The position numbers and the translations under genes are program-made. Source: Eledone cirrhosa (lineage: Eukaryota). From it: a stretch of DNA of 64,000 nt. Within the stretch, counting starts at the first letter, position 1; every line of letters begins with the position of its first letter. Location: the NCBI GenBank assembly GCA_964016885.1, contig OZ024741.1, forward strand, positions 27,218,001 through 27,282,000, written 5' to 3'. The notes beneath the pieces are model-generated. The model did no database searches and was not told the DNA's origin. It saw nothing but the letters and a program-made list of their open reading frames with translations. Of this stretch, positions 40,061 to 53,124 are shown in pieces.

Positions 40061-41987
40061 CCAAGTCGTACAGAATGGGGTTGTTCCGAAGGACTGGCAT
40101 AGCAGCATCATCGTTAACTGTTATAAGGGTAAAGGAGACGCCCTAGATAGGAGTAACTATAGAGGCATTAAATTAATCGACCAGGTCATGAAGGTCACGG
40201 AAAGAGTAATAGCGCAACTAATCAGAGAGAGAATTGACCTAGATGAAATGCAGTTCGGGTTTGTGTCAGGCAAAAGTACCACAGACGCTCTTTTCATAGT
40301 ACGACAACTACAGGAGAAGTACCTAGCTAAAGGTAAACCCCTCTACTTAGCTTTTGTCGACTTGGAGAAAGCCTTCGACAGAGTCCCCCGCTCCATTATC
40401 TGGTGGGCTCTTAGAAAACTAGGCGTTGACGAATGGCTTGTGAGGGCTATACAAGCCATGTATAAAGAAACAGTCAGCAAGGTTAGAATTAACAACGAAT
40501 ATAGTGAAGAGTTTAGCGTAAAAGTCGGCGTCCATCAGGGCTCTGTTCTCAGTCCACTACTATTTATTATTGCCCTTCAGGCTATAACAGAGGAGTTCAA
40601 GACAGGCTGCCCATGGGAACTCCTATACGCAGACGACCTGACACTCATAGCGGAATCAATGGCCGAGCTAGAGAAGAAATTCCAAACATGGAAGCACGGC
40701 CTAGAGTCAAAAGGACTTAAAATTAACCTGGCTAAGACCAAAGTACTAGTTTGTAGGAAAGAAAACAAGGCGGCGGTCCCTTCTGGGAAATGGTCGTGCT
40801 CGGTGTGTAGGAAAGGCGTAGGTAGAAACTCCATTTTATGTCCTAAATGCAAAGTATGGGTGCATAAAAGATGTAGTGGGATCACAGGTAAGCTAACTAA
40901 GAACATAGATTTTACATGTGGCCGGTGCTCTGGTGCAATAAGTAGCAGCAAGTGCCCACAAACTACTAGCTCTTTCAATTGCGCAGAGGGTTCTATAGAA
41001 ATAGTGGACAGCTTCCGTTACCTGGGCGATAAAATCAGCAGTGGGGGAGGGTGCTCTGAAAGTACTGTAGCTAGAGTCAGAACTGGTTGGAAAAAGTTCA
41101 GAGAGCTTATACCACTATTAGCTGCTAAAGGGTTCTCACTAAAAATGAAAGGCAGGTTGTACGATGCCTGCATACGAACAGCAATGCTGCATGGCAGTGA
41201 GACCTGGGCATTGTGTGCAGAGGATATACGCAGACTAGAGAGGAACGAAGCTTGCATGCTCCGCTGGATGTGTAACAGTAATATACGTGAACGGCAAAGC
41301 ATAAACGAACTAAGGAAAAAATTAGAGATAAGAGGGATCAGATGTTGTTTACTCGAGAGAAGGCTACGTTGGTATGGACACGTGATGCGCATGAAAGTCG
41401 ATAGCTGTATAACAAAGTGCAGGGCAATAAAGATAGACGGTAGTCACGGAATAGGCAGACCTAGAAAAACCTGGGACGAGCTGATAAACTCCGACATCAC
41501 ACACTTACACCTCTCCAAGACAATGTCACTGGACCGAGACCTTTGGCGGTACTCAGTAACAGAGAAGACCCGCCTTACCTAAATATATAGTAAAACCTAC
41601 TCCAGCCAGTAGGCATCTCTAACAAAATACACCCCGTCCCACCACCCCCACCCCCACCCGATCCACACCACCCCGTTCTATGTAAAGTTATGTTGGTGCC
41701 GCGCCATCGAGGCCGAAACAAATGAGATCGTGTAGGTGTCACGACAAAAAAACACACAGTCCACGCTGTAATGTGGCCGTGTAGGCAACACGGTAAAAAC
41801 CTCCCAGACCCACACTGTAAATGTGGTTGGTGTTAGGAAGGGCATCCAACTGTAGAAAACCTGCCAGACAGTCCTATGCGAGCAAGACAATCACTCTTGC
41901 CTCAAGTGGGACTACCCCCGTCCAAACCCATGCAAGCGTGGAACACGGACGTTAAACGTTGATGATGATGATGATGATGATGATGAT
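40058..41987 (+). mobile_element. Young 5'-truncated RTE LINE (copy A)
   Basis: Open RT frame, modular 3' UTR, (GAT)n tail, preceded by long (TA)n. Confidence 0.95.
40059..41582 (+). CDS. RTE reverse transcriptase (N-truncated) with internal PHD finger
   Basis: [63 protein letters not shown]; no stop codons. Confidence 0.9.
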
Positions 41988-42092
41988 ATATATACACTGC
42001 AACCGTGTCAGACTCATCTTAAATCTTCTTTTCTTTGGTTCACAGATATAATAATGTCAATCTTAAATCATCTTTTCTCTTTCTGTTCGAGG

Positions 42093-42930
42093 TAATGGTT
42101 GTTATGGTGATGAGGGTGGTGGTGGTGATGATGATGATGATGGTAGTGATAATGATAGTAATGGTAGTGATGATGGTGATGGTGGTGGTAGTGATAATGA
42201 TAGTAATGGTAGTGATGATGATGATGCTGATGAGTGATGATGATGATGATGGTGGTGACAGTAATGGCAGTGATGGTGATGATGCTATTAATGGTAGTGA
42301 TGATGGTAGTGGTTGTGACGGTGATGATGGTGGTAATGACAGTATTGATGATGATGATAGTAATAATGGTGATGATGATGACTATAGTGGTGATGGTGAT
42401 GATGATGGCAGTGATGATGATGATGTTGATGATGACAGTAATGGCAGTGATGGTGATGATGATAATAATAGCAGTGGTTATGATGATGGTGATGATGATA
42501 GAAATAGTAGTGCTGATGGTGATGGTGATGGTGATGATAGTAATAGTAGTGCTGATGGTGATGGTGATGATGATAGTAATAGTAGGGATGATGGTGATGG
42601 TGATGATGATAGTAATAGTAGGGATGATGATGGTGATGATGGTAGTGATGATGATGATGGTAGTGATGATGATGATGTTGATGATGATGGTGATGATGGC
42701 AGTGATGATGATGATGGTGGTGATGGTAGTGATGATGATGATGTTGATGGTGATGGTAGTGATGATAATGATGGTGATGATGATGATGATGGTGATGGTA
42801 GTGATGATGATGATGATGGTGATGGTGGTGATGGTAGTGATGATGATGATGTTGATGGTGATGGTAGTGATGATAATGATAATGATGGTGATGATGATGG
42901 TGATGGTAGTGATGATAATGATGGTGATAC
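42093..42930. repeat. (GAT/GGT)n low-complexity tract
   Basis: Degenerate trinucleotide repeat. Confidence 0.95.
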
Positions 42931-43052
42931 TTTGATGATACTTTGATGACTGTCGTTAGCAGTGACATGAGATAATTATATTAATGAGGAAAATGTATTT
43001 AGTGATTACAACATCTGTGGCTGATAGTATTTCTAGCTGCTACTGCTGCTTG

Positions 43053-45245
43053 TGGTGGTGGGGGGGTAGTTGTGGCAGTGATGGTGAGGGTGGTAGTGGT
43101 GGTGGTGGTGATGTGGGTGGTAGTGGTGGTGGTGGTGGTGGTGAGGGTGGTAGTGGTGGTGGTGGTGGTGGTGGTGAGGGTGGTAGTGGTCGTGGTGGTG
43201 GTGAGGGTGGTAGTGGTCGTGGTGGTGGTGAGGGTGGTAGTGGTCGTGGTGGTGGTGAGGGTGGTAGTGGTGGTGGTGGTGGTGGTGAGGGTGGTAGTGG
43301 TCGTGGTGGTGGTGAGGGTGGTAGTGGTGGTGGTGGTGGTGGTGAGGGTGGTAGTGGTCGTGGTGGTGGTGAGGGTGGTAGTGGTGGTGGTGGTGGTGGT
43401 GAGGGTGGTGATGAGGGTGGTAGTGGTGGTGGTGGTGATGAGGGTGGTAGTGGTGGTGGTGGTGATGAGGGTGGTAGTGGTGGTGGTGGTGGTGGTGAGG
43501 GTGGTAGTTGTGGCAGTGATGGTGAGGGTGGTAGTGGTGGTGGTGGTGGTGGTGAGGGTGGTAGTTGTGGTGGTGGTGGTGAGGGTGGTAGTGGTGGTGG
43601 TGGTGGTGGTGATGAGGGTGGTAGTTGTGGCAGTGAGGGTGGTAGTGGTGGTGGTGAGGGTGGTAGTTGTGGCAGTGAGGGTGGTAGTGGTGGTGGTGGT
43701 GAGGGTGGTAGTTGTGGCAGTGATGGTGAAGGTGGTGGTGGTGGTGGTGAGGGTGGTAGTTGTGGCAGTGATGGTGAGGGTGGTAGTGGTGGCAGTGATG
43801 GTGAGGGTGGTAGTGGTGGTGGTGGTGGTGAGGGTGGTAGTGGTGGTGGTGGTGGTGAGGGTGGTAGTGGTGGTGGTGGTGGTGGTGGTGGTGAGGGTGG
43901 TGGTGGTGGTGGTGAGGGTGGTAGTTGTGGCAGTGATGGTGAGGGTGGTAGTGGTGGTGGTGGTGAGGGTGGTAGTTGTGGCAGTGATGGTGAGGGTGGT
44001 AGTGGTGGTGGTGATGGTGAGGATGGTAGTTGTGGCAGTGATGGTGAGGGTGGTAGTGGTGGTGGTGGTGATGAGGGTGGTAGTTGTGGCAGTGATGGTG
44101 AGGGTGGTAGTGGTGGTGGTGGTGAGGGTGGTAGTTGTGGCAGTGATGGTGAGGGTGGTAGTGGTGGTGGTGGTAGTTGTGGCAGTGATGGTGAGGGTGG
44201 TAGTGGTGGTGGTGGTGATGAGGGTGGTAGTTGTGGTGGTGGTGGTGAGGGTGGTAGTGGTGGTGGTGATGAGGATAGAAGTGGTGGTGGTGGTGGTGAG
44301 GGTGGTAGTTGTGGCAGTGATGGTGAAGGTGGTAGTGGTGGTGGTGAGGGTGGTAGTTGTGGCAGTGATGGTGAGGGTGGTAGTGGTGGTGGTGGTGGTG
44401 AGGGTGGTAGTTGTGGCAGTGATGGTGAGGGTGGTAGTGGTGGCAGTGATGGTGAGGGTGGTAGTGGTGGTGGTGGTGGTGAGGGTGGTAGTGGTGGTGG
44501 TGGTGGTGAGGGTGGTAGTGGTGGTGGTGGTGGTGGTGGTGAGGGTGGTAGTGGTGGTGGTGGTGGTGAGGGTGGTAGTTGTGGCAGTGATGGTGAGGGT
44601 GGTAGTGGTGGTGGTGATGGTGAGGATGGTAGTTGTGGCAGTGATGGTGAGGGTGGTAGTGGTGGTGGTGGTGGTGAGGATGGTAGTTGTGGCAGTGATG
44701 GTGAGGGTGGTAGTTGTGGCAGTGAGGGTGGTAGTGGTGGTGGTGAGGGTGGTAGTTGCGGCAGTGATGGTGAGGGTGGTAGTGGTGGTGGTGATGGTGA
44801 GGGTGGTAGTTGTGGCAGTGATGGTGTGGGTGGTAGTGGTGGTGGTGGTGGTGAGGATGGTAGTTGTGGCAGTGATGGTGAGGGTGGTAGTGGTGGTGGT
44901 GGTGATGAGGGTGGTAGTTGTGGTGGTGGTGATGAGGATAGAAGTGGTGGTGGTGGTGGTGAGGGTGGTTGTTGTGGCAGTGATGGTGAAGGTGGTAGTG
45001 GTGGTGGTGAGGGTGGTAGTTGTGGCAGTGATGGTGAGGGTGGTAGTGGTGGTGGTGGTGATGTGGGTGGTAGATGTGGCAGTGATGGTGAGGATGTTGG
45101 TGGTAGTGGGGGTAGCAGTGGTGGTGAGGATAGTAGTGGTGGTGGTGGTGATGAGGGTGGTAGTTGTGGCAGTGATGGTGAGGATGTTGGTGGTAGTGGG
45201 GGTAGCAGTGGTGGTGAGGGTGGTAGTTGTGGTGGTGGCGATAGT
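43053..45245. repeat. (GGT)n-derived composite minisatellite
   Basis: Built from GAGGGTGGTAGT(GGT)n and GAGGGTGGTAGTTGTGGCAGTGATGGT modules. Confidence 0.95.
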
Positions 45246-45259
45246 GGAATTCATAGAGT

Positions 45260-46390
45260 GGTAGATTAAATGCCTTACAATATTCAGTCACATCTCTTTA
45301 CATTCTAAGTTCAAATCTCACCAAGGTCAACATTGCTTTTCTTCCTTCTGGATTCAATAAAATAAAGTACCAGTAATGCACTAGGGTCAATATAACTGAC
45401 ATTTGCCTCAAAAATTGATGGTCTTGTGCCTATATTAGAAACCATTAGTATAAAACATGTCAGTGGAAGGAAGCCACAGTAGAGGTAGACTGTGAAAGAC
45501 CTGGGAAGAGGTGGTGAGAGCTGACCTCAAATCACTGAGATTCACAACGGCGATGAGAGATGCTGTGCTGAAAAGGACCTGTCCAACCCATGTGAGCATA
45601 GAAAAATGGACATAAAAATAATGATAATGATGTTGGTTGCATGAAAAATGTGACAACTTCTCTAATGCTGGTGCCATGATGAAATGCACCCAGTACACCC
45701 TGTAAAGTAGCTAGTATTAGGAAGAGCACCTAGTTGTAAAAACCATGCTATTACGCGTAGAGAGGATTCTTTAGCCATGTCAAAAACACAACAACCTCTC
45801 CAGTGCTGGTGCCATGATATAATGTACCCAATATACTCTGTAAAGTAGTTGGCTAAAAGAAGGGTCTCCAGCTGTAGAAACATACCAAAACTGGAATGTA
45901 TGTGAGGTATGGCATCCAGCCTGTCTAGTAGGACAGTAGCTCTGATTGAGCATTGACTTGGTCTTGTGATGACCTGTCCAACCCATGCCAGCATGGAAAG
46001 TGGACATATAATTATGATAATGATTATTATTGTTATTTAATATTATAAACATGGTGGATTGGTAGAATCTTTAATGCATCAGGTGTAATGTATTGTGGTA
46101 TTTTGTTACAACCCTCTACATTCTGAATTCCAATCACACTTTACCTTCCATCCTTTTGGATTCAATAAAATAAAATACCTGTAAAGTACTAGGGTTGATA
46201 TAATTGATTTTCCCTTCCCCACAAACTGCTGGCCTTGTGCCTGTGTTAGAAGCCCCTACTTTATCTTGCCCAGGTCACCTTTACCTTTCATTTTTATGGG
46301 GTTAATAAAATACCAGTAATACACTGGGGTTGATATAATTGATTTTCCCCTCCCCATAAATTGCTGGCCTTGTGCCTAAATTGAATTTCA
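45260..46390 (+). mobile_element. Cluster of decayed SINE and RTE 3'-end fragments
   Basis: SINE bodies at about 45260-45445 and 46050-46390; RTE-type ends (CCTGTCCAACCCATG...GGAC plus GAT-like tail) at about 45445-45630 and 45655-46030. Confidence 0.65.
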
Positions 46391-46719
46391 TTATTGTTTA
46401 ATATTATTATGAATGAAGATGAAACCAGGTTGTTGTCCTGTGTTAAAACTTTTGTATTGTCAGACATTTTATATTTCTATCTGACATGGGTTTTATTTTA
46501 TCTCCATCTTATATCAGACGTGTACAGCAGCTCCTCCATCTTCTGTCTTCTGACTTCTGCTGTCTTCTTCTGACTTCATCTTCTCCAGGTGTAGTACAAT
46601 AATAACAGCTCCAGCAACAGTCGTTTTGATTCTTTCTTTCATATATATATAGATACACTCACACACACATATTTATGTACATACACACATACTCATATAT
46701 ATATAGAGAGAGACATCAT

Positions 46720-46779
<60 letters not shown>

Positions 46780-47312
46780 TGAAGTCATTGATTTCTTTCC
46801 AAGAAGTCTTCATCATCTCCTCAACTTCTGCTTTAGGTCTTTCGTCATGTCAAAGTTTCCCTGTGAAACACTTCATAGCCATTGTTATTTTTACATCAAA
46901 GAAATCTAATTAACATTCAATCTTTTCTGGTCACAATTTCATTAATCTAATCATTTTAAGTGATTGCCAGTCATTCTCAATGAAATATTTCACACGAAAA
47001 ATCAATAATTCTTTTGAAAATCCTCCCCACAAAATTCTGCAGTCATTCTCTTCCATTCTTTCATTCTAGTAATGTCTCTTTGTCTCTTTGTGTCATTTCC
47101 AGGTTGTTTTTCTTATTTTCATATTTATATTTGTTCTTGTTTTTATTATTTTACTTTTCTTTTCTTTTTTTTTGTGTCATCTCTGTGGCAAAGAATCATA
47201 GATTGCTGCACTGTCTTCCTCTTCTCCTTCTCCTTCCTCGTCTTCCTCTTCTTAAAACTTTCTTTTATCTCTCAGTTTGCATGTCTTTCAGTCTGCCCGA
47301 CTCTCTATAATC

Positions 47313-47390
<78 letters not shown>

Positions 47391-47414
47391 TGTCTGTCTA
47401 TCTCCATCTGTCAA

Positions 47415-47463
<49 letters not shown>

Positions 47464-47465
<2 letters not shown>

Positions 47466-50400
47466 ATGGACTAAGGAATTTCTGGAGAGTCTGAAGAATC
47501 TGGACACTCGATGACAATGCCAAAGATAACGACAAATTCACCTCATGCTGCCGGACGAAAGGGCAAGGCCCCCCCCCCCTCTTTGTTTCGGCCGTGGATG
47601 GCCAACATAACCCCAAACTCATCCCCCTCACCCCTCCCTGCGCCCCATCCTCCAAACACAATCCAAAACTTCAGAGTTGGTACCATGAATGTAGGCACCT
47701 TAAAAGGCCGCTCTAACGAGGTTGTAGAATTGCTTGAACGTAAGGAGGTTGATGTTTGCTGTATCCAAGAGACCAGGTGGAGGGGCGGGTCTGCTAGATT
47801 CATTGTGGGTAAAAAACGTTGCTATAAGCTTTTCTGGGTGGGAAATGACAATGGGATAGGTGGGGTAGGAATCATGTTAGCAGAAAAATGGGTGGATAAG
47901 ATAATAGATGTAAATAGAGTGAATGACAGAATAATTAAAATAAGACTTGTTCTAAACAGAACTACTGTGACAGTAATATCTGCATGCGCGCCCCAATCCG
48001 GACTGCCTGGCGCTATAAAAGACAGATTCTATGAGACACTGATGCTCACTACCTCCCAAATAACCGACAGTGACTATATAATTATTGCTGGCGACCTAAA
48101 TGGCCACGTTGGACAACATTGTGACGGCTATGATGGAATCCACGGAGGCTATGGGTTTGGTACTAGAAATGAGGAAGGCTCCAGAATCCTGGAATTCTGT
48201 GATGCAAATAACCTAACTATCTGTAACACTAACTTCAAAAAACGAGACAATCACTTGATCACCTACAGATCAGGGAACATACCAGCCAGGTAGATTATAT
48301 CCTTACTAGAAGACGTGACAGAGTGTCTGTTGTAAACACTAAATCCCTCCCCCATGAAGAATGCACCTCCCAACATAGACTGATAATTAGCGACCTCATA
48401 GTCAGGACGAGACGTACTAGACAGCAGAAGAGGACTATCCTCAGGAGAAAAATATGGAAGCTAAAGGATCCCAGAGCCAGAAATAAATTTCAAAGCATAT
48501 TACTTGATGCTTTCGACAGTAAGGAAGAGCAATTAGAGTCGTACAATGTAGAGGAACAGTGGGAATTCCTGAAAGCAAACCTGCTGATGGCGGCAGACGA
48601 AGTCTGTGGCTGGAGCAGGCCTGTAGGCAGGAGGAGAGTAACATGGTGGTGGAACAGTAAGGTGTAGGGGTCAATCAAGGCCAAAAAGCAGGCTTGGAAA
48701 GCATGGCGGGATGGGGGAAGTAGAGAAGACTATCAAGTGGCCAGGAGGGAAGCTAGGAGACAAGTGTACTTCGCAAGAAGGGAAGCAGAGGAAAGAAAGT
48801 TCAAGCATGTTCTACAACGCGAGGACCAAAAACGTGAGGTGTTCAGGATTGCTAGGCAATGTATCAAGGAAAACCGTGATATTGTCGGGGAGAAGTGTGT
48901 ACTTAACGATGATGGCGTACTTGCCATCACTGACGCTGATAAGAAGGTAGCTTGGAAGTGTCACTACGAAAGGCTACTAAATGAGGAGAATAAATGGGAG
49001 AAAGACAGTCTCCCCCACATTGACCCAATAGAGGGACCAGCAGTGTTAGTTGAAGGTAGTATAATAAGTAAGGCAATCAAAGATATGAAGACGGGTAAGG
49101 CGGCTGGGCCTTTGGAAATAGTTGCTGAGATGCTGAAAGCCTCTGGAACGGTGGGACACACCATGGTCACCCGGATAGTAAACCAAGTCATACAGAATGG
49201 GGTTGTTCCGAAGGACTGGTGTAGCAGCATCATAGGAGTAACTATAGAGGCATTAAATTAATCGACCAGGTCATGAAGGTCACGGAACAAGTAATAGCGC
49301 AACTAATCAGAGAGAGAATTGATCTAGATGAAATGCAGTTCGGGTTTGTGTCAGGCAAAAGTACCACAGACGCTCTTTTCATTGTACGACAACTACAGGA
49401 GAAGTACCTAGGTAAAAGTAAACCCCTATACTTAGCTTTTGTCGACTTGGAGAAAGCCTTCGACAGAGTCCCCCGTTCCATTATCTGGTGAGCTCTTAGA
49501 AAACTAGGGGTTGACAAATGGCTTGTGATAGCTATACAAGCCATGTATAAAGAAACAGTCAGCAAGGTTAGAATTAACAACGAATATAGTGAAGAGTTTA
49601 GTGTAAAAGTTGGTGTCCATCAGGGCTCTGTTCTTTGCCCCCTACTATTTATTATTGCCCTTCAGGCTATAACAGAGGAGTTCAAGACCGGCTGCCCATG
49701 GGAACTCCTATACGCAGATGATCTAACGCTCATAGCTGAATCAATGGCCGAGCTAGAGAAGAAATTCCAAACATGGAAGCACGGCCTAGAATCAAAAGGC
49801 CTTAAAATTAGCCTGGCTAAGACTAAAGTTCTAGTTTATAGGAAAGAAAATAAGGCGCCGGTCCCTTCCGGGAAATGGCCATGTTCAGTGTGTAGGAAAG
49901 GTGTAGGTAGAAACTCCATTTTATGTCCCAGATGCAAAGTATGGGCGCATAAAAGATGTAGTGGGATCACAGGTAAGCTAACTAAGAACATAGATTTTAC
50001 ATGTGGCCGGTGCTCTGGTGCAATAAGTAGCAGCAAGTGCCCACAAAATACTAGCTCTTTCAACTGCGCAGAGGGTTCTATAGAAATAGTGGACAGCTTC
50101 CGTTACCTGGGTGACAAAATCAGCAGTGGGGGAGGGTGCTCTGAAAGTACAGTAGCTAGACTCAGAACTGGATGGAAAAAGTTCAGAGAGCTCATACCAC
50201 TATTAGCCGCTAAAGGGTTCTCCCTAAAAATGAAAGGCAGGTTGTATGATGCCTCCATACGAACAGCAATGTTGCATGGCAGTGAGACCTGGGCATTGTG
50301 TGCAGAGGATATACGCAGACTAGAGAGGAACGAAGCTTGCATGCTCCGCTGGATTTGTTATAGTAATATACGTGAACGGCAAAGCATAAACGAACTAAGG

Positions 50401-51059
50401 AAAAAATTAGAAATAAGAGGGATCAGATGTTGTTTACTCGAGAGAAGGCTACGTTGGTATGGTCACGTGATGCGCATGAAAGACGACAGCTGTATAACAA
50501 AGTGCAGGGCAATAAAGATAGACGGTAGCCACGGAGTAGGCAGACCCAGAAAAACCTGGGACGAGCTGATAAATTCCGACCTCACACACTTACACCTCTC
50601 CAAGACAATGTCACTGGACCGAGACCTTTGGCGGTACTCAGTAATAGAGAAGACCCGCCTTACCTAAATACAAAGTAAAACCTACTACAGTCAGTAGGCA
50701 TCTCTAACAAAATACACCCTGGTCCACCCCATCCACACCGCCCCTTTCAATGTAAAGTTATGTTGGTACCACAACATCCAGGCCGAAACAAATGAGATCG
50801 TGTAGGTGTCACGACAAAAAAAACACACAGTCCACGCTGTAATGTGGCCGTGTAGGCAACACGGTAAAAACTTCCCAGTTCCACGCTGTAAATGTGGTTG
50901 GTGTTAGGAAGGGCATCCAGCTGTAGAAAACCCGCCAGACAGTCCTATGCGAGCAATGACAACCACTCTTGCCTCAAGTGGGAAAACTCCCGTCCAAACC
51001 CATGCAAGCGTGGAACATGGACGTTAAACGATGATGATGATGATGATGATGATGATGAT
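47464..51059 (+). mobile_element. Near full-length, inactivated RTE LINE (copy B), APE-RT(PHD)
   Basis: GTMNVGTL, CIQETRW, GDLNGHVG, SQHR and RT motifs. Lesions: frameshift near 48270, TAG at 48665, 37-bp deletion near 49233, TGA at 49489. (GAT)n tail; target-site duplication 47388-47426 / 51074-51112. Confidence 0.95.
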
Positions 51060-51444
51060 ATATATATATATATGTCTGTCTGTCTATCTTCATCTGTCAA
51101 TCTCTCTCTCTCTCTCTCACACTTTCTTTGACTCTTTCACAATTTCATTCTCTGTATTGCTCACTCTTCCCTCACCTCTTTCTCTCTCTCTCTTACTTTA
51201 TATAAATGTGTATGTGTGTGTGTGTGACTGAATGTGTGTACGTTTGTGTGTTTCTTCTCCGTTTTCTTGAGATCTGACAAGGAACAGATTAATTTACTCC
51301 TGTTGAAACAACAACACTACAGAAGAAGAATCAAGCAACATGGAAGAAAATCTTTTCCTGCAAAAGATTTTTTTTTTTTAAACCTTAAACACTTTCAGAT
51401 CATTTCTGCCAATTAGAAGGAGGAATATAATTCTTTATTGAACA

Positions 51445-52019
51445 CATCGGAGCATAAGAGGAATCAAATGCTGTGTGCAGGAGAGGCGGTTGCGTTGGTA
51501 TGGACATGTGATGCGTATGAAGGATGACAGCTGCATAAAAAGGTGCAGAGCACTTGAAGTCGATGGAAACCGCGGAGTGGGGAGACCCAAGATGACCTGG
51601 GATGAGGTGATAAAAGCCGACCATACCCAATTACACCTCTCAAAGGCGATGACACACGACTGTGACCTCTGGCGTCCCGCAGTAATACAGAGTACCCGAC
51701 CTCCCATGGGTACAAGCTGAAACATATAGACAATATGCCCCCACACCCCCCACTGCAAGGTGGTCGTGGAGGTGCCACGGCAAAAAAGCACCCAGCCCAC
51801 ACTGTTAAGTGGACGTGTAGGCGCCACGAAAAAGCACCCAGCACTCACTGTAAATGAGGTTGGTGTTAGGAAGGGCATCCAGCTGTAGAAATCAAGCCAA
51901 ATCAGTTCCTGCATGAGCAAGGCATGGTCAGCCGACCAGACACTGCCCACAACAGGACAACCCGTCTAACCCATGCTAGCGTGGAAGAACGGACGTAAAA
52001 CGGTGATGATGATGATGAT
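51445..52019 (+). mobile_element. 3' end of a related RTE subfamily
   Basis: [23 protein letters not shown]...GRPKMTWDE; different 3' UTR; (GAT)n tail. Confidence 0.9.
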
Positions 52020-52121
52020 CGGAAATGAAGACAAGGGGACCTGGTTTCAAATCTCACAGTATTTAGATAAAACAGACCTATAATTTAATAGGTTTGTTAC
52101 ACACACACATATATATATATA

Positions 52122-52321
52122 TAATAATAATAATAATAATGAAATTATTGTGTACAGTGCTCAGGTGCACTACAACTCATCAAAGGTGCATGTATAGTAC
52201 ATAGAATAATCTACAAATGTCAGAAAAATGAACAGTATACGAGTTGTGAAATACATGTGTGCATGTGTATGGAAGGTGGATATCAGGTATAGTGTTGGTG
52301 AATCTCAGGAAGGATTGAGGT
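52122..52321 (-). mobile_element. CR1 3' UTR fragment
   Basis: Same sequence as 3884-4080. Confidence 0.85.
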
Positions 52322-52380
52322 TTATAAGTTTGAAGAAGAGGTAGATAAAATTTAACTAATTTTTCTTCTTAGTCCATAGA

Positions 52381-52526
52381 AATTAAGTAAATAAATAATC
52401 AATTAAGTAAATAAATAATCAATTAAGTAAATAAATAATCAATTAAGTAAATAAATAATCAATTAAGTAAATAAATAATCAATTAAGTAAATAAATAATC
52501 AATTAAGTAAATAAATAATCAATTAA
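52381..52526. repeat. 7 x 20-bp perfect minisatellite
   Basis: AATTAAGTAAATAAATAATC repeated. Confidence 0.97.
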
Positions 52527-53124
52527 ATGGAGCTAAGTTTAAAATGTAAGCTTGAAGAAATAATAGATAAGTGTTTACCAATATTCCTCTGGCCCTGACT
52601 GCCAACAGTTTAGCTTGTGCTATGTGGGAATGCTTAATCGCTGCATTATCCATGAGGCTTCAAGCTTATCAAGAGACTCCCTCAGTTAGGACCGATTTTT
52701 TTCCAAAGTGATCGCTGCCAGTAACAATTTCGAAAGGGGTGAAAATTATCACGTGGCTAGTGATCAAAATAGAAGTGTTGCGAAGGGTAGACTGGTGGCC
52801 AGTAAGTTCATTGCTAGAAGAAGCAGTTAGTTACCGCTTAATTTACTCAACCGTAAGGGAGTTAGAGCAAAGTCAGAAGGAATATATATGTATTTAAACA
52901 TAAGCATAGATACATATATGAATGTAGACCACCTTCAACGGTGTGGCTCAATGAATGAATGAATTAAATAAATAATCATTAATCAGAGCTATATAAAATT
53001 ATAAGTTTGAAGAAGAGGCAAATAAAATTTACCTAATTTTTCTTCTTAGTCCGTAGAAATTATATATATATATATATATATACAATATATTAATAAATGG
53101 AAACTATATTTATAAAACCATATT

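Noticed and set aside
42035-45291. Long Asp-, Met/Val-, His-, Thr- and Gly-rich ORFs
   Set aside because: Open in several frames on both strands because the triplet repeats lack stop codons; no splice or domain support
46500-47300. Non-repetitive-looking purine/pyrimidine-skewed stretch, possibly exons or UTR
   Set aside because: No convincing open frame with matching splice sites on either strand
47464-47520. HDV-like ribozyme at the RTE 5' end
   Set aside because: Known for some RTE elements, but no nested double pseudoknot could be built by eye and the 5' UTR may be truncated
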